A DNA stretch of 52,848 nt from Pseudomonadota bacterium (GCA_040387535.1 JAZKDM010000007.1:32956-85803); one strand, 5' to 3'. Shown: positions 38,225 through 48,354, counted from the stretch's first letter. The notes: generated by a model not told the origin, from the letters alone. Program-made: numbers and translations.

Positions 38225-39916
38225 TTAACTGAATTTTTTCTTAAAATAACGCCACACCAAGCTTTCTGGTACTTCAATGCCATCTACTACATAAGTTAAC
38301 ACCTTAATATTGTTGAGCAGCAGCGGTTGAATTGATTTTGCATTAGGGGTGCCGCAAAACAAGATACGGTCGTTTGGCTCAAGTAGCGTAAATGCGTGCG
38401 GCACTAATATTTGTTGGTCGTTTCTTATCAATAATAACGGTACTAAATCGAGTTGTTTTTCAGCTTTCGCTGGATCAAGCATTAAGTTTTGCAGTAAGAC
38501 TTTCACATCTTGATTCAATAAATCAGCTACAGCTGGTGCTGAATTGGCTTCAATATTAACCACCCAAGTTTCTGGCACAGTTTCACCCATTACGCTTACT
38601 AACTGACTGATAAGCGCATTTGCCCAGCCATTCGTTTGGTTTCTGGCCAACACTAAAAACTGTGCAAGTAGCGGTGAAATCATATGCGCCAAACATTCAT
38701 GCGCAATAATGTCAGTTGGTTGCATGGTGATATCAGCATCAAATTGCTTAAATAGCGCACTATTGTGACGCTTATTTTTACGTGCCACTAAGAATAAAGC
38801 GGGATTTAGCTCTTTTGCTGTCATGACTATGGATAAATTGTTAATGTCGTTATCCGTGCCAGCCACAATCGCAACCGCGTTCATAATATCGGCTTCTAAT
38901 AAAGTTTTTGCTTCGGTGCCGCTACCTACAACGCAAATTCCACACTCTGTTAGCTCTGGCATGGCTTCAATAATAGTAATGCTTAAGTGCTCGCGTTCTA
39001 AGTTTTCAACTACCGATTTACCAAATCGGCCATAGCCACACACAATCCAGCGACCCCGCGGTGGATTTTCTGGCGGTGGTAGCGTATCGCCAGGCACACC
39101 TGTTAACCATTGATGCAATAAGTATGTGCCTAAGGCATGCACACGCATGGCCAGTTGTTCACCAAACAAGGTGTAAGGATTAATAATATGATCGGTACCA
39201 AATGAAGCCATGTTAGCCGCAATGTCTTCACGCTCTGCGCGGGCAATTACTGGCAGTGCTGGGCGCATTAATTTAACGGCTACTGCAACGGCTAAATTCA
39301 CATCGTCGTTATCGGTTAATGTGACCACTCCGCTACACAATGGGTGATGCACCCCAGCGCGAACCAAGTTTTCTGGCAGTTTTGCATCGGCGCAAATGTA
39401 GGGAATAATACTTTTGGTATTGGTGAGCTCTAGTTCATCCAAACGAGCTTGCTGCGATTCAATCACAACAACACGTATGCCTTTTTCATCTAATGCTTTT
39501 GCCAACAAACTAGCCGATTCGCCATAACTACATAAAATATAAAATGGTTCGCTTAGTAGCTTTACATCACGTGAAAACTGATCGGTAGACATGGCTTGTT
39601 TTAAGCTGGTGTCTTGCAGCAAAGCAATAATTTTACCTATGCCATAAAACCAAGGAATGACCGTAAAGTAGATAGAAAAGGTGGTCCAGATGCGTTGTGC
39701 TTGGCTGAAGGTGTAAGGTACTTCACCGTAGCCAATAGTGGTGGCCGTGTAACTGATGACATAAAACGCTTGGAAAATGGTCATGTACCAAGTGTTGCCA
39801 TCGACATCTACGCCTGGCATTAATGTTAAGCCTAAGGTTGCGATGGCAAAACTGACAATGATTAGTATCAGCGGCAGCCTTAAGCGGCGCAAAATTAAAA
39901 ATAAAATACTATCCAT
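38225..39916 (-). CDS. Potassium channel protein with two RCK (TrkA-N) domains
   Basis: TM-pore-TM with TATTIGYGE selectivity filter; two Rossmann-like starts LCSYGES and VCGYGRFG. Confidence 0.88.
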   Translation of the reverse strand: MDSILFLILRRLRLPLILIIVSFAIATLGLTLMPGVDVDGNTWYMTIFQAFYVISYTATTIGYGEVPYTFSQAQRIWTTFSIYFTVIPWFYGIGKIIALLQDTSLKQAMSTDQFSRDVKLLSEPFYILCSYGESASLLAKALDEKGIRVVVIESQQARLDELELTNTKSIIPYICADAKLPENLVRAGVHHPLCSGVVTLTDNDDVNLAVAVAVKLMRPALPVIARAEREDIAANMASFGTDHIINPYTLFGEQLAMRVHALGTYLLHQWLTGVPGDTLPPPENPPRGRWIVCGYGRFGKSVVENLEREHLSITIIEAMPELTECGICVVGSGTEAKTLLEADIMNAVAIVAGTDNDINNLSIVMTAKELNPALFLVARKNKRHNSALFKQFDADITMQPTDIIAHECLAHMISPLLAQFLVLARNQTNGWANALISQLVSVMGETVPETWVVNIEANSAPAVADLLNQDVKVLLQNLMLDPAKAEKQLDLVPLLLIRNDQQILVPHAFTLLEPNDRILFCGTPNAKSIQPLLLNNIKVLTYVVDGIEVPESLVWRYFKKKFS

Positions 39917-39967
39917 GCATTAACTTACGTAAAGCTAACACAGCGTGAGTGTGCATGTTGCAAAGCA

Positions 39968-40342
39968 TTAGCGTCTTTGGGTGATGGTTTCTGAAATCAG
40001 CAATATCACCGATACAAAGTTAGCCATTAGCGCACCGCCTGACAGAGAAACAATGTAAACGGTTAAGCTAGCAGGGTCCATTTTGCCATCTAGCGCCGCC
40101 CATAAAATGGCGGCTGTGATTAATTGCAAGTCAGCAGCCAAGCTGGTGGAAAGTAAAAAAGCGCCCACATGTGTGCGGTCACCAAACTTTAATACTGTGG
40201 CGATTAAGCTCACTATGATGGCGGCATATAACTCATACACATGATGATGCGATGGGTCATCAATATCGCCTAAAAAGAAACCAAAATTCAAGGTCATGGC
40301 TAGTACAATAAAAAAACCAAAAACAACTTTTTCTAAATTCAT
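39968..40342 (-). CDS. Small integral membrane protein (DUF6394-like)
   Basis: MNLEKVVFGFFIVLAMTLNFGFFLGDID..., four hydrophobic segments, directly upstream of the channel gene. Family call is from memory. Confidence 0.7.
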   Translation of the reverse strand: MNLEKVVFGFFIVLAMTLNFGFFLGDIDDPSHHHVYELYAAIIVSLIATVLKFGDRTHVGAFLLSTSLAADLQLITAAILWAALDGKMDPASLTVYIVSLSGGALMANFVSVILLISETITQRR

Positions 40343-40484
40343 GGTGCTATCCGTATTTAATATTGATTATTAAAAGAATTATATCGCTATCGCATTTAGC
40401 TTAAGCGATTTAATTTTGGCAAATTGCCTAGATTCTGCTTAATCATCATTAAAATAAGCACCTCAATTAATTTTAAATAAATTT

Positions 40485-41432
40485 ATGCCGCCACCTTTAT
40501 TAGCCCCCGCCATTTTTCTAATGGGACCAACCGCCAGCGGTAAAACTGGCGCGGCGGTTTATCTGCACTCTAAATTGCCTGTTGAAATCATCAGTGTAGA
40601 TTCTGCTTTGGTTTTCAAAGATATGAATGTAGGTACCGCCAAGCCAGATGCAGAAACAATTGCCAATGCACCACATCACTTGATTGATATTATTGACCCA
40701 ACCAGTGCTTACTCTGCGGCGAATTTTAGAAGTGATGCTTTGCGTTTAATGGCGGATATTACTTCGAGGGGTAAAATTCCTTTATTGGTTGGTGGCACCA
40801 TGTTGTATTTCAAAGCCTTGTCTGAAGGGATGAGCGGGTTGCCTGAGGCTAACCCAGATGTACGTGCAAGGCTGGATGCGCGTGCGGCGTTTATCGGCTG
40901 GCCTGCCATGCATGAAAAGCTGGCCTTGGTTGACCCTGAAACCGCCGCCCGTTTGCAGCCGAATGATGCGCAGCGCATTCAGCGTGCGTTAGAGGTGTTT
41001 GAAATAACAGGTGAGAGTATGTCTAGCCTGTTTGCCAAGCAAATTAATCAAGCTTTGCCATATAACATCCTTAAAGTTGCATTAGTGCCAAGCGACCGTA
41101 AAGTGTTGCATGAGCGCATTGCGTTGCGATTTGAGCAGATGTTGGCAGCTGGATTTTTAGATGAAGTGAAAGCGTTATTGGCTAAGTACCCCAGCTTAAC
41201 GGCTGAATCGACCGCTATGCGGTGTGTGGGTTATCGTCAAGCACTAGAACATTTAAGCGGCGAGTATGATGCCGATGAATTGCGCGATAGGGGTATATTT
41301 GCGACACGGCAACTAGCCAAGCGCCAGTTGACTTGGCTGCGCGGCATGGATGACATCACTGAATTGGATTGTTTGAATCCTGATTTGAATGCCGTAGTAT
41401 TGCAACATGTTGAGCAATTTATAAAAGGCTAA
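40485..41432 (+). CDS. miaA: tRNA dimethylallyltransferase
   Basis: MGPTASGKT, SVDSALV, GGTMLY, RQLAKRQLTW. Confidence 0.97.
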   Translation: MPPPLLAPAIFLMGPTASGKTGAAVYLHSKLPVEIISVDSALVFKDMNVGTAKPDAETIANAPHHLIDIIDPTSAYSAANFRSDALRLMADITSRGKIPLLVGGTMLYFKALSEGMSGLPEANPDVRARLDARAAFIGWPAMHEKLALVDPETAARLQPNDAQRIQRALEVFEITGESMSSLFAKQINQALPYNILKVALVPSDRKVLHERIALRFEQMLAAGFLDEVKALLAKYPSLTAESTAMRCVGYRQALEHLSGEYDADELRDRGIFATRQLAKRQLTWLRGMDDITELDCLNPDLNAVVLQHVEQFIKG

Positions 41433-41437
41433 ACGCG

Positions 41438-42019
41438 ATGAAGAATTGGATTAAAGAAAATTTGGTATTGGTGATTGGACTTAGCCTGCCGATTTTACTA
41501 ATCGCGTTATTTTTTCTGGCTACGGTAGTGCCAAAATCGTTTGGTACGCCACCACAATATGAGATGCTGTTTACTACTTTAAAATATGAGTATGAAAACT
41601 CACCTGTCTATCTGGTTGATTTTAAAGTAGTTAATCGTCAGCTGATGGCAACAGTGAAGAAAAATGAGGATAAAGCCAGAAACTATAATTCAAAAAAGTT
41701 AATGGCTTACAATCCCAAAACCGAAACGGTGCGCGAAATTACGATTGATTTGGCTAAAGCAGCTGAAGCCAATACCAATGAAGTGGTATTAGCGGAAACC
41801 AAAGACTTAAAAGTTGATGCATCGGCTATTTCGCCAGACGGCTACCAGCTAGAAGGGGCGCGCTATAGCAGCAGTGGCTTGGTTGGCGGATTATTTGGTG
41901 GCGGTAGTCACAATAGCGGCTATAGGCTTAAAAAGGGTGCAGTGGCCTATAAAGTGCAAACCACGCAGCCTGATTATTACTACAGCGATTTTAAATTTGT
42001 TGGCTGGGTTGTCAATTAA
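41438..42019 (+). CDS. Hypothetical membrane-anchored protein
   Basis: One N-terminal TM helix, then a soluble beta-rich region (SPDGY, Gly-rich stretch); 5 bp after miaA. Confidence 0.75.
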   Translation: MKNWIKENLVLVIGLSLPILLIALFFLATVVPKSFGTPPQYEMLFTTLKYEYENSPVYLVDFKVVNRQLMATVKKNEDKARNYNSKKLMAYNPKTETVREITIDLAKAAEANTNEVVLAETKDLKVDASAISPDGYQLEGARYSSSGLVGGLFGGGSHNSGYRLKKGAVAYKVQTTQPDYYYSDFKFVGWVVN

Positions 42020-42031
42020 TTAGGGGCTAGC

Positions 42032-43006
42032 ATGTCAAGTAAACTAGCTACGTCAGAGAAACTAGCTGCGTCTCAGAAAGAAGACGCGCTGCAAGATATC
42101 GTTAGCCTAGCTAAGCACCATAACATTAGCTTAGATGACATCTCTGATGCTTTGGTTAATGCCAGTACGCAAGCCAAAAAACCATCCGCCAGCGTATTAA
42201 CCCAATTATTTGGCTATATTGGCGGCATATTTGTATTTGCGGGGATTGGCGTATTTATCTCAATGTATTGGGATGATTTTGGCTCTGCCGCGCGGGTAAT
42301 CGTAACGCTAGGAACGGGTTTGGCTGCCTTTATCATGGCGCTGGCCTGTCTGTCTGACAAACGCTATGAACGCGCTGCCACGCCATTATTTTTAATAGCC
42401 GCTTTATTGCAGCCAACTGGCATTTTAGTCATGTTAAATGAGTATTCATCTGGCGGTGATGCACGGCATGGGCTGCTGTTTATGGCGATTTATATGCTGA
42501 TTCAGCAGGGTGCAACATTTTGGGCTAAACAAAGAACGGTGTTGGCTTTTAGCGCAGTCTTGTTCGGCTGTATTTTCTTTGCCAATCTGTTCGATATTTG
42601 GGACATGAATGAGAAATTGATTGGCATTGTAATGGGGGTATCAATCACTTGTGTGGCCTATGCGTTAAACCAATCGCGCCATATGGCGATTGCGCCATTT
42701 TGGTATTTTGTTGGTGCTGTTATCTTTATGTGGTCGTTATTCGAAACGGTTGAAAAAACACCGTTTGAAATTATCTATCTCGGATTCGCTGCGGCCTTAA
42801 TATTTTTAAGCACATTAGTGCGAAGCAGGGCCTTGCTGGCAGTAGGCACGCTATCTATGCTGGCGTATATTGGCTATTTCACTGCCAAACATTTTGCCAA
42901 TACGCTTGGCTGGCCGATTGCCTTGGTGATTATTGGTGTAGCGCTGATTGGCTTTAGTGCGTTTGCTTTAAAGTTAAATAATAAATATATTAAAACAAAT
43001 AGTTAA
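42032..43006 (+). CDS. Polytopic membrane protein (DUF2157-like)
   Basis: GYIGGIFVFAGIGVFISMYWDD pattern and about ten TM helices. Confidence 0.7.
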   Translation: MSSKLATSEKLAASQKEDALQDIVSLAKHHNISLDDISDALVNASTQAKKPSASVLTQLFGYIGGIFVFAGIGVFISMYWDDFGSAARVIVTLGTGLAAFIMALACLSDKRYERAATPLFLIAALLQPTGILVMLNEYSSGGDARHGLLFMAIYMLIQQGATFWAKQRTVLAFSAVLFGCIFFANLFDIWDMNEKLIGIVMGVSITCVAYALNQSRHMAIAPFWYFVGAVIFMWSLFETVEKTPFEIIYLGFAAALIFLSTLVRSRALLAVGTLSMLAYIGYFTAKHFANTLGWPIALVIIGVALIGFSAFALKLNNKYIKTNS

Positions 43007-43008
43007 TC

Positions 43009-43043
43009 GTTAAAGTTAATGTATTTTATTCATTAACTTTAAC
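43009..43043. terminator. AT-rich hairpin between convergent genes (possible terminator)
   Basis: GTTAAAGTTAATG-N9-CATTAACTTTAAC perfect 13-bp arms; no GC-rich stem. Confidence 0.45.
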
Positions 43044-43058
43044 TATTTTAGCCATCTT

Positions 43059-44264
43059 CTATTGCATGTTTTGAATACGTTTTGCTGCCTCCACGCATTC
43101 TTCTAAGCTTGCCACTAATGCCAAGCGAATAAAGTTTTTGCCAGGGTTAACGCCATTCACTTCGCGCGCTAAATAGCTGCCAGGTAACACCGTAATGTTC
43201 AAATCACGATACAGTTTTAAGGCAAAACTTTCATCTGTCTCTGCAGGGTTTTTTATTTTGGCCCATAGGTAAAATGCCGCATCTGGCATTTCTACCTCTA
43301 AAACATCGCTTAACATGGGTGTGACCGTTTTAAATTTTTCGGCATAAAGCTGGCGATTTTCAATCACATGCGCATCGTCATTCCATGCTGTTTCGGATGC
43401 CGCTTGCACGGCTGGGTTCATGGCACAGCCATGATAAGTGCGGTAAAGCGTAAACGCCTCAATAATGCTTGCATCGCCTGCCACAAAGCCAGAGCGCATA
43501 CCTGGCACGTTTGAGCGTTTAGAAAGTGAGCTAAATACCACTAAGTTTTTATAATCTCTACCTAATTGATGCACCGCTTGCAAAGCGCCTAATGGAGGGT
43601 TGGCCTCATCAAAATAAATCTCGGCATAGCATTCATCGGCGGCAATTACAAAATTATATTGGTCTGATAATTCAAACAGAACTTTCCATTGCGCTAAACT
43701 CATTACCTTGCCGGAAGGATTGCCTGGGCTGCAAACATAGACCAATTGTGTGCGATTTAATACCTCAGCAGGCACGCTGGAAAAATCCATTGCATGACCA
43801 TTTTCTGGAGTGGTATTCAAAAAGTAGGGCTCAGCCCCCGCTAAAAAAGCAGCGCCTTCATAAATCTGGTAAAACGGGTTAGGCGAAATCACAATCGGTT
43901 TGTTTTTTGTGCGGTCAATCACCACCTGCGCAAAGGCAAATAGCGCTTCGCGGCTGCCCGTGACAGGTAAAATGCTAGTTTCTGGATTAGGCGCAGGCAA
44001 GTTGTAGCGGCGCGCAATCCATTGTGAGATTGCAGTGCGCAGCGCCAAACTGCCAATAGTCGTGGGATAATTAGCCAAGCCACCCAGATTACTCACCAAA
44101 GCATCGGTGATTAACGTTGGGGTGACATGTTTCGGCTCACCAATCGATAAATTAATCGGTTTCAATGCTGGATTAGGTGTTGTGCCAGCAAACAAATCAC
44201 GCAGACGTTGAAATGGGTAGGGTTGGAGCAGGTTAAGGTTTGGATTTAAAGTGTTTGGGTTCAT
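43059..44264 (-). CDS. dapC: Succinyldiaminopimelate transaminase
   Basis: LQPYPFQRL, LSIGEPKH, NPFYQIYEGAA, SLSKRSNVPGMRSG, YRTYHG; ATG at 44264. Confidence 0.93.
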   Translation of the reverse strand: MNPNTLNPNLNLLQPYPFQRLRDLFAGTTPNPALKPINLSIGEPKHVTPTLITDALVSNLGGLANYPTTIGSLALRTAISQWIARRYNLPAPNPETSILPVTGSREALFAFAQVVIDRTKNKPIVISPNPFYQIYEGAAFLAGAEPYFLNTTPENGHAMDFSSVPAEVLNRTQLVYVCSPGNPSGKVMSLAQWKVLFELSDQYNFVIAADECYAEIYFDEANPPLGALQAVHQLGRDYKNLVVFSSLSKRSNVPGMRSGFVAGDASIIEAFTLYRTYHGCAMNPAVQAASETAWNDDAHVIENRQLYAEKFKTVTPMLSDVLEVEMPDAAFYLWAKIKNPAETDESFALKLYRDLNITVLPGSYLAREVNGVNPGKNFIRLALVASLEECVEAAKRIQNMQ

Positions 44265-44293
44265 ACCCTTATTATAATTTAGGAAGCGATTAA

Positions 44294-45223
44294 TTGGGAA
44301 ACACAGTGGGCAATGCGTTAGCAAATAAGTTAGAAAGCAGCAGCAAACATAATTTTTTAGCTATTTTTGGCTTGCTGTTTGGTGCGATGTGCTGGGGTGT
44401 TATTTGGTATCCGTATCGCATCATGAACGATGCTGGCGTTTCGGGCATTGCTTCTAGTTTTTACACCTATTGCATTGCCATTATTCTAGGCGCGGCTATC
44501 TTTGCTAAACACTGGCGTGGCATATTGGATTTACCCAAAAGCGCAATATGGTTGAGCATTATCGCAGGCTGGACTAACTTAAGTTATGTGCTGGCGGTGA
44601 TTGACGGCGAAGTGATGCGGGTGATGTTGCTATTTTACCTATCACCACTGTGGACATTGCTTTTAGCGCGTTTTTGGTTGAAAGAAATCATTACCAGAGC
44701 AGGACTTGTTTCTATTTTAATCGCCATGACTGGCGCCTACATTATGCTAGCTAATCCATTTGATAGCGCGGCCCAACACCTGCCTATTCCACAAAATAAT
44801 GCAGAGTGGCTAGCTTTGTCTGCAGGAATTGGCTTTTCATTTACCAATGTGATTACACGTAAATCTACCCATTTAAGTTTGGCAGCAAAATCCATGCTGA
44901 TATGGGTGGGCGTTGCTGGGATGTCACTTTTGTTGATTCCATTTTTAGCCGATAGCTTTCCAAGCCCCAAGCTTTTCACACTCAATCACTGGGTAATCAT
45001 GACGTTTATCGCGATTATGATTATGGCCGCTACCATCTTTGTGCAATATGGTGTCACTAAAATGACAGCTTTGCGTGCATCGGTTTTGTTTTTGTTTGAG
45101 TTGGTTGTGGCCGCAATTGCTGCCTACTATTTGGCAAACGAGGCCATGATGCTTAACGAATGGGTAGGTGGCGGCTTTATTATTGCGGCGGGTTTATTAG
45201 CGGCATTTAATCACCACGATTAA
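44294..45223 (+). CDS. DMT/EamA family transporter
   Basis: About ten TM helices, WGVIWYPYR, LLFYLSPLW; start codon uncertain. Confidence 0.85.
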   Translation: MGNTVGNALANKLESSSKHNFLAIFGLLFGAMCWGVIWYPYRIMNDAGVSGIASSFYTYCIAIILGAAIFAKHWRGILDLPKSAIWLSIIAGWTNLSYVLAVIDGEVMRVMLLFYLSPLWTLLLARFWLKEIITRAGLVSILIAMTGAYIMLANPFDSAAQHLPIPQNNAEWLALSAGIGFSFTNVITRKSTHLSLAAKSMLIWVGVAGMSLLLIPFLADSFPSPKLFTLNHWVIMTFIAIMIMAATIFVQYGVTKMTALRASVLFLFELVVAAIAAYYLANEAMMLNEWVGGGFIIAAGLLAAFNHHD

Positions 45224-45267
45224 TTGCCGCCTTAATTTAAATAGATGGATTAGTACACTCGGTTTGG

Positions 45268-46359
45268 TTATGCGCCAAAGCCGCGCGAACCTTCAGCCGC
45301 AAAGCGAATTTTTAAGGATAAATCATTGCGCGAATCGGCGTTGGCTAGTGCGTGATCTTCGCTAATTTTGCCATCACTAAATAGTTTAAACAGAGATTGA
45401 TCGAAAGTGACCATGCCGATATCGTTGTTGTCGGCCATAATATCTTTCATTTCGCTTAACTTTTGTTTTTGAATCAACTCCGACATATAAGGCGAATTAA
45501 TCATTACTTCAACCGCAGCCGCGCGTTTTTGCGTAATGCCTGGCACCAAGCGCTGCGAAACAATTCCCACTAAATTAAGCGATAAGCCCAGTAATAAGCC
45601 GTGTTTGGCCTCTGTTGGGAAGAACGAAATCACGCGCTCTAGCGCTTGGTTGGCATTGTTGGCATGCAAAGTAGCTAAACACAAATGGCCTGTTTCGGCA
45701 TAGGCCATCGCTTGCTTCATGCTATCCATATCGCGTACTTCACCAATTAAAATCACATCTGGCGCTTGGCGCATCGCGTTTTTAAGGGCGTTATCAAAGC
45801 TTAATGTATCAATGCCCACTTCGCGTTGGTCAACGATGGATTTTTTGTGCGCATACACAAACTCAATAGGGTCTTCAATGGTAATAATATGGCCTGTTTC
45901 GTTTTCATTACGGTAATCAATCATCGATGCCAGTGATGTGGATTTGCCAGAGCCTGTAGCGCCCACCATGAGTATTAACCCACGTTTACGCATAATTAAT
46001 TCTTTCAAAATAGGTGGCAAACCTAGTTTTTCAAAAGATGGAATGTCGGTTTTAATGTGGCGAATCACCATACCCACTTCGCCACGCTGGCGAAACACAT
46101 TAACGCGGAAACGGCCAATATCTTTTTTACCAATGGCAAAATTTGATTCCAACGTGGTTTCAAACTCTTTAATCTGATCCGCGCTCATCATGCTGTAGGC
46201 GATTTCTTTAATCATGCCTGGCGCCATCACCTGATTATTAATCGATACCGTTTCGCCCTCGATATCCATATGGATAGAGGTGTTAGTGCTAAAAAAGAGG
46301 TCAGAACCACCTTTATCCGTCATAAATTTGAGAACAGGGGTAATGTCGATGGCGGCCAT
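45268..46359 (-). CDS. pilU: PilT/PilU family type IV pilus retraction ATPase (PilU-like)
   Basis: RFRVNVF, GATGSGKSTS, TIEDPIE, QREVG, ETGHLCLATLHANNANQ, ADSRNDL. Confidence 0.85.
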   Translation of the reverse strand: MAAIDITPVLKFMTDKGGSDLFFSTNTSIHMDIEGETVSINNQVMAPGMIKEIAYSMMSADQIKEFETTLESNFAIGKKDIGRFRVNVFRQRGEVGMVIRHIKTDIPSFEKLGLPPILKELIMRKRGLILMVGATGSGKSTSLASMIDYRNENETGHIITIEDPIEFVYAHKKSIVDQREVGIDTLSFDNALKNAMRQAPDVILIGEVRDMDSMKQAMAYAETGHLCLATLHANNANQALERVISFFPTEAKHGLLLGLSLNLVGIVSQRLVPGITQKRAAAVEVMINSPYMSELIQKQKLSEMKDIMADNNDIGMVTFDQSLFKLFSDGKISEDHALANADSRNDLSLKIRFAAEGSRGFGA

Positions 46360-46442
46360 ATTGATACTATCTTTGTAAGTGAATTGTGATGAACTTTATC
46401 ACATGCTGTGCAATTATTACAGCAGGTGTTTTGCTAAATCAA

Positions 46443-48320
46443 TTAATCAATCTTTGCTTGATACGCTTGCCAGATTTGCTGGTATTGCTGTTCTAAAGTT
46501 CGCGCAAATTGGGCGGGGTTAAATAAACTTGAATTATTAATTTGTATGGTTAGCTTCTGCTTTAACTCTTTAATAGCAGATGGATTTAGCGCATAAGACA
46601 CCGCTTTTTGCTCATATTCTTGCCAGTTTTGGGCAATTAAATCAGGCATGTTAATCTGCTGCAACAAGCTACTAGCTACGCGTGACGCAAAAGTTTCACC
46701 AGTGCAAGTTAACAAAGGCAAGCCCATCCACAAGGCGTCACTGGCGCTGGTATGCGCATTGTATGGCGATGTATCTAAAAATAAATCGGCATGCGCGTGG
46801 CGTTCCAAATGCTCTGCAATGGCCACACGCGGCGCAAATATAAGCCTTGTAGGGTCAATACCGGCTTTTTCAGCTGCCATGCGTAAATTGTCACATGCCC
46901 AACTATTGCAATCCAGCAGCCAAAGCACGCTGTCTGGTGTTTGTTGCAGAATGCGCATCCAAACAGCAAATACAGCTGGCGTAATTTTAAAGCTTTGATT
47001 AAAGCAGCAAAATACAAAGCTATTTTCTGGTAGGTTGTGAGCGGTTTTATGCGTGGCTTTGCCAATTGGCCGTTGGCTGTTATTGGGCTGGTAGCAGGGC
47101 AGGTACAGCAGTTTTTCGCTCATCTCTGCTGCGTTTGGGCTAATCACTTTATCGCTTATCACGTAATCAAATAGAGGATTGTTATCTAATTCACCCCCGA
47201 TTTCACCCATAGTTCCAGCAAAGCCCAGCCAGTTAATGCTGATAGGCGCTGGCTTTAGCGCCACAATGCCAGTACGGCTATTTTGCGTAAAACCAGTCAA
47301 ATCCACCAAAATCGCCACACCATCTTGGTTAATCTTTTTTGCCGCTTCAATATCCGATAAGTTTTTAATTTCGTTAAAAATATCAAAAGCCTTTTCTAAA
47401 CGTTTGCGTTCAGGTGTTTTGTCATCTTTGCCGTAAGAATAAGCAATTGTTTCAAATAGATTTTTATCGCTACTTTCAATTAACTCGGTGATTAAAAAAG
47501 CCAATGGGTGCAATCTGAAATCGGCAGATAAATAACCAATTTTTAATTTTTTATGTTGTGTTTTTAAATGGCTAAAATCAAAGCGCGTATTTTGCTGAAT
47601 TAGCTGGCTGTAAAAGCTATGGGCCCAATTGCTGGCGCATTGCCTTTGTTCGCTTGCAGTCGTACCTTGCATACTTAAAAAGGCAAAAGGAGATATTTGC
47701 GCGTTTGGTTCTGTTGTCACCCAATCGCGTAATTGTTTGATTTGGGCATCAATGTTTTCCCAATCGCAACTATGTTGTTTTTGGTGCACCAAATGCGCCA
47801 AGGCATGATGCAAATCTGGCTTAAGCTGCAAAGCGCGCTGGTAGCTGGCAATAGCCAATTTAAGCTGCCCCAATTCGCGCTGTACATTGCCACAATTATT
47901 ATGCGCATCGGCATCATTGGGGTTAAATTGAATAGATTGCTTAAAGCTATTTAGCGCGGCTGGCAGTTTGCCTAATTCGCGCTGTGCGTTACCTATGTTG
48001 TACCAAAATACGGCGTTATTGGGTTGGTAATTGAGCGCCTCTTCAAAACAGGCTTCTGCCTGCACAAATTGCGCATTGGCATGCGCCGTATTACCCATTT
48101 CTTGCAACACAAAACAAAGCGCATCGCGTGCGGCCGTGTTGTGTTTAAGCACGCGTACAATGCGGCGAAAGTAACCAGCCGCTTCTTCAAAGCGTTTAAG
48201 CTCTACACACAGGTTGGCGCAGTGAATTTGTGCATCTAAATCTTTAGGGTTGCGCAACAAGGCTTGCTGGTAATGTTTGAGCGATGCCTCATTGGCTTGG
48301 GCTATTTCGTTTGCTTGCAT
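46443..48320 (-). CDS. TPR-containing O-GlcNAc transferase / SPINDLY family glycosyltransferase (GT41)
   Basis: N-terminal TPRs, KIGYLSADFRLHP, WLGFAGT, FNQSFKI, DLFLDTSPYNAHTSASDALW. Confidence 0.9.
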   Translation of the reverse strand: MQANEIAQANEASLKHYQQALLRNPKDLDAQIHCANLCVELKRFEEAAGYFRRIVRVLKHNTAARDALCFVLQEMGNTAHANAQFVQAEACFEEALNYQPNNAVFWYNIGNAQRELGKLPAALNSFKQSIQFNPNDADAHNNCGNVQRELGQLKLAIASYQRALQLKPDLHHALAHLVHQKQHSCDWENIDAQIKQLRDWVTTEPNAQISPFAFLSMQGTTASEQRQCASNWAHSFYSQLIQQNTRFDFSHLKTQHKKLKIGYLSADFRLHPLAFLITELIESSDKNLFETIAYSYGKDDKTPERKRLEKAFDIFNEIKNLSDIEAAKKINQDGVAILVDLTGFTQNSRTGIVALKPAPISINWLGFAGTMGEIGGELDNNPLFDYVISDKVISPNAAEMSEKLLYLPCYQPNNSQRPIGKATHKTAHNLPENSFVFCCFNQSFKITPAVFAVWMRILQQTPDSVLWLLDCNSWACDNLRMAAEKAGIDPTRLIFAPRVAIAEHLERHAHADLFLDTSPYNAHTSASDALWMGLPLLTCTGETFASRVASSLLQQINMPDLIAQNWQEYEQKAVSYALNPSAIKELKQKLTIQINNSSLFNPAQFARTLEQQYQQIWQAYQAKID

Positions 48321-48354
48321 GTCGCGATTTTAATCTAAATTGATTAGGCAGAGT

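Noticed and set aside
40383-40409. Second ModE box (ATCGCTAT...AAGCGAT) upstream of the K+ channel pair and miaA
   Set aside because: One base shorter than the real box, lacks the inner TATAT/ATATA, and has no functional link to molybdenum.
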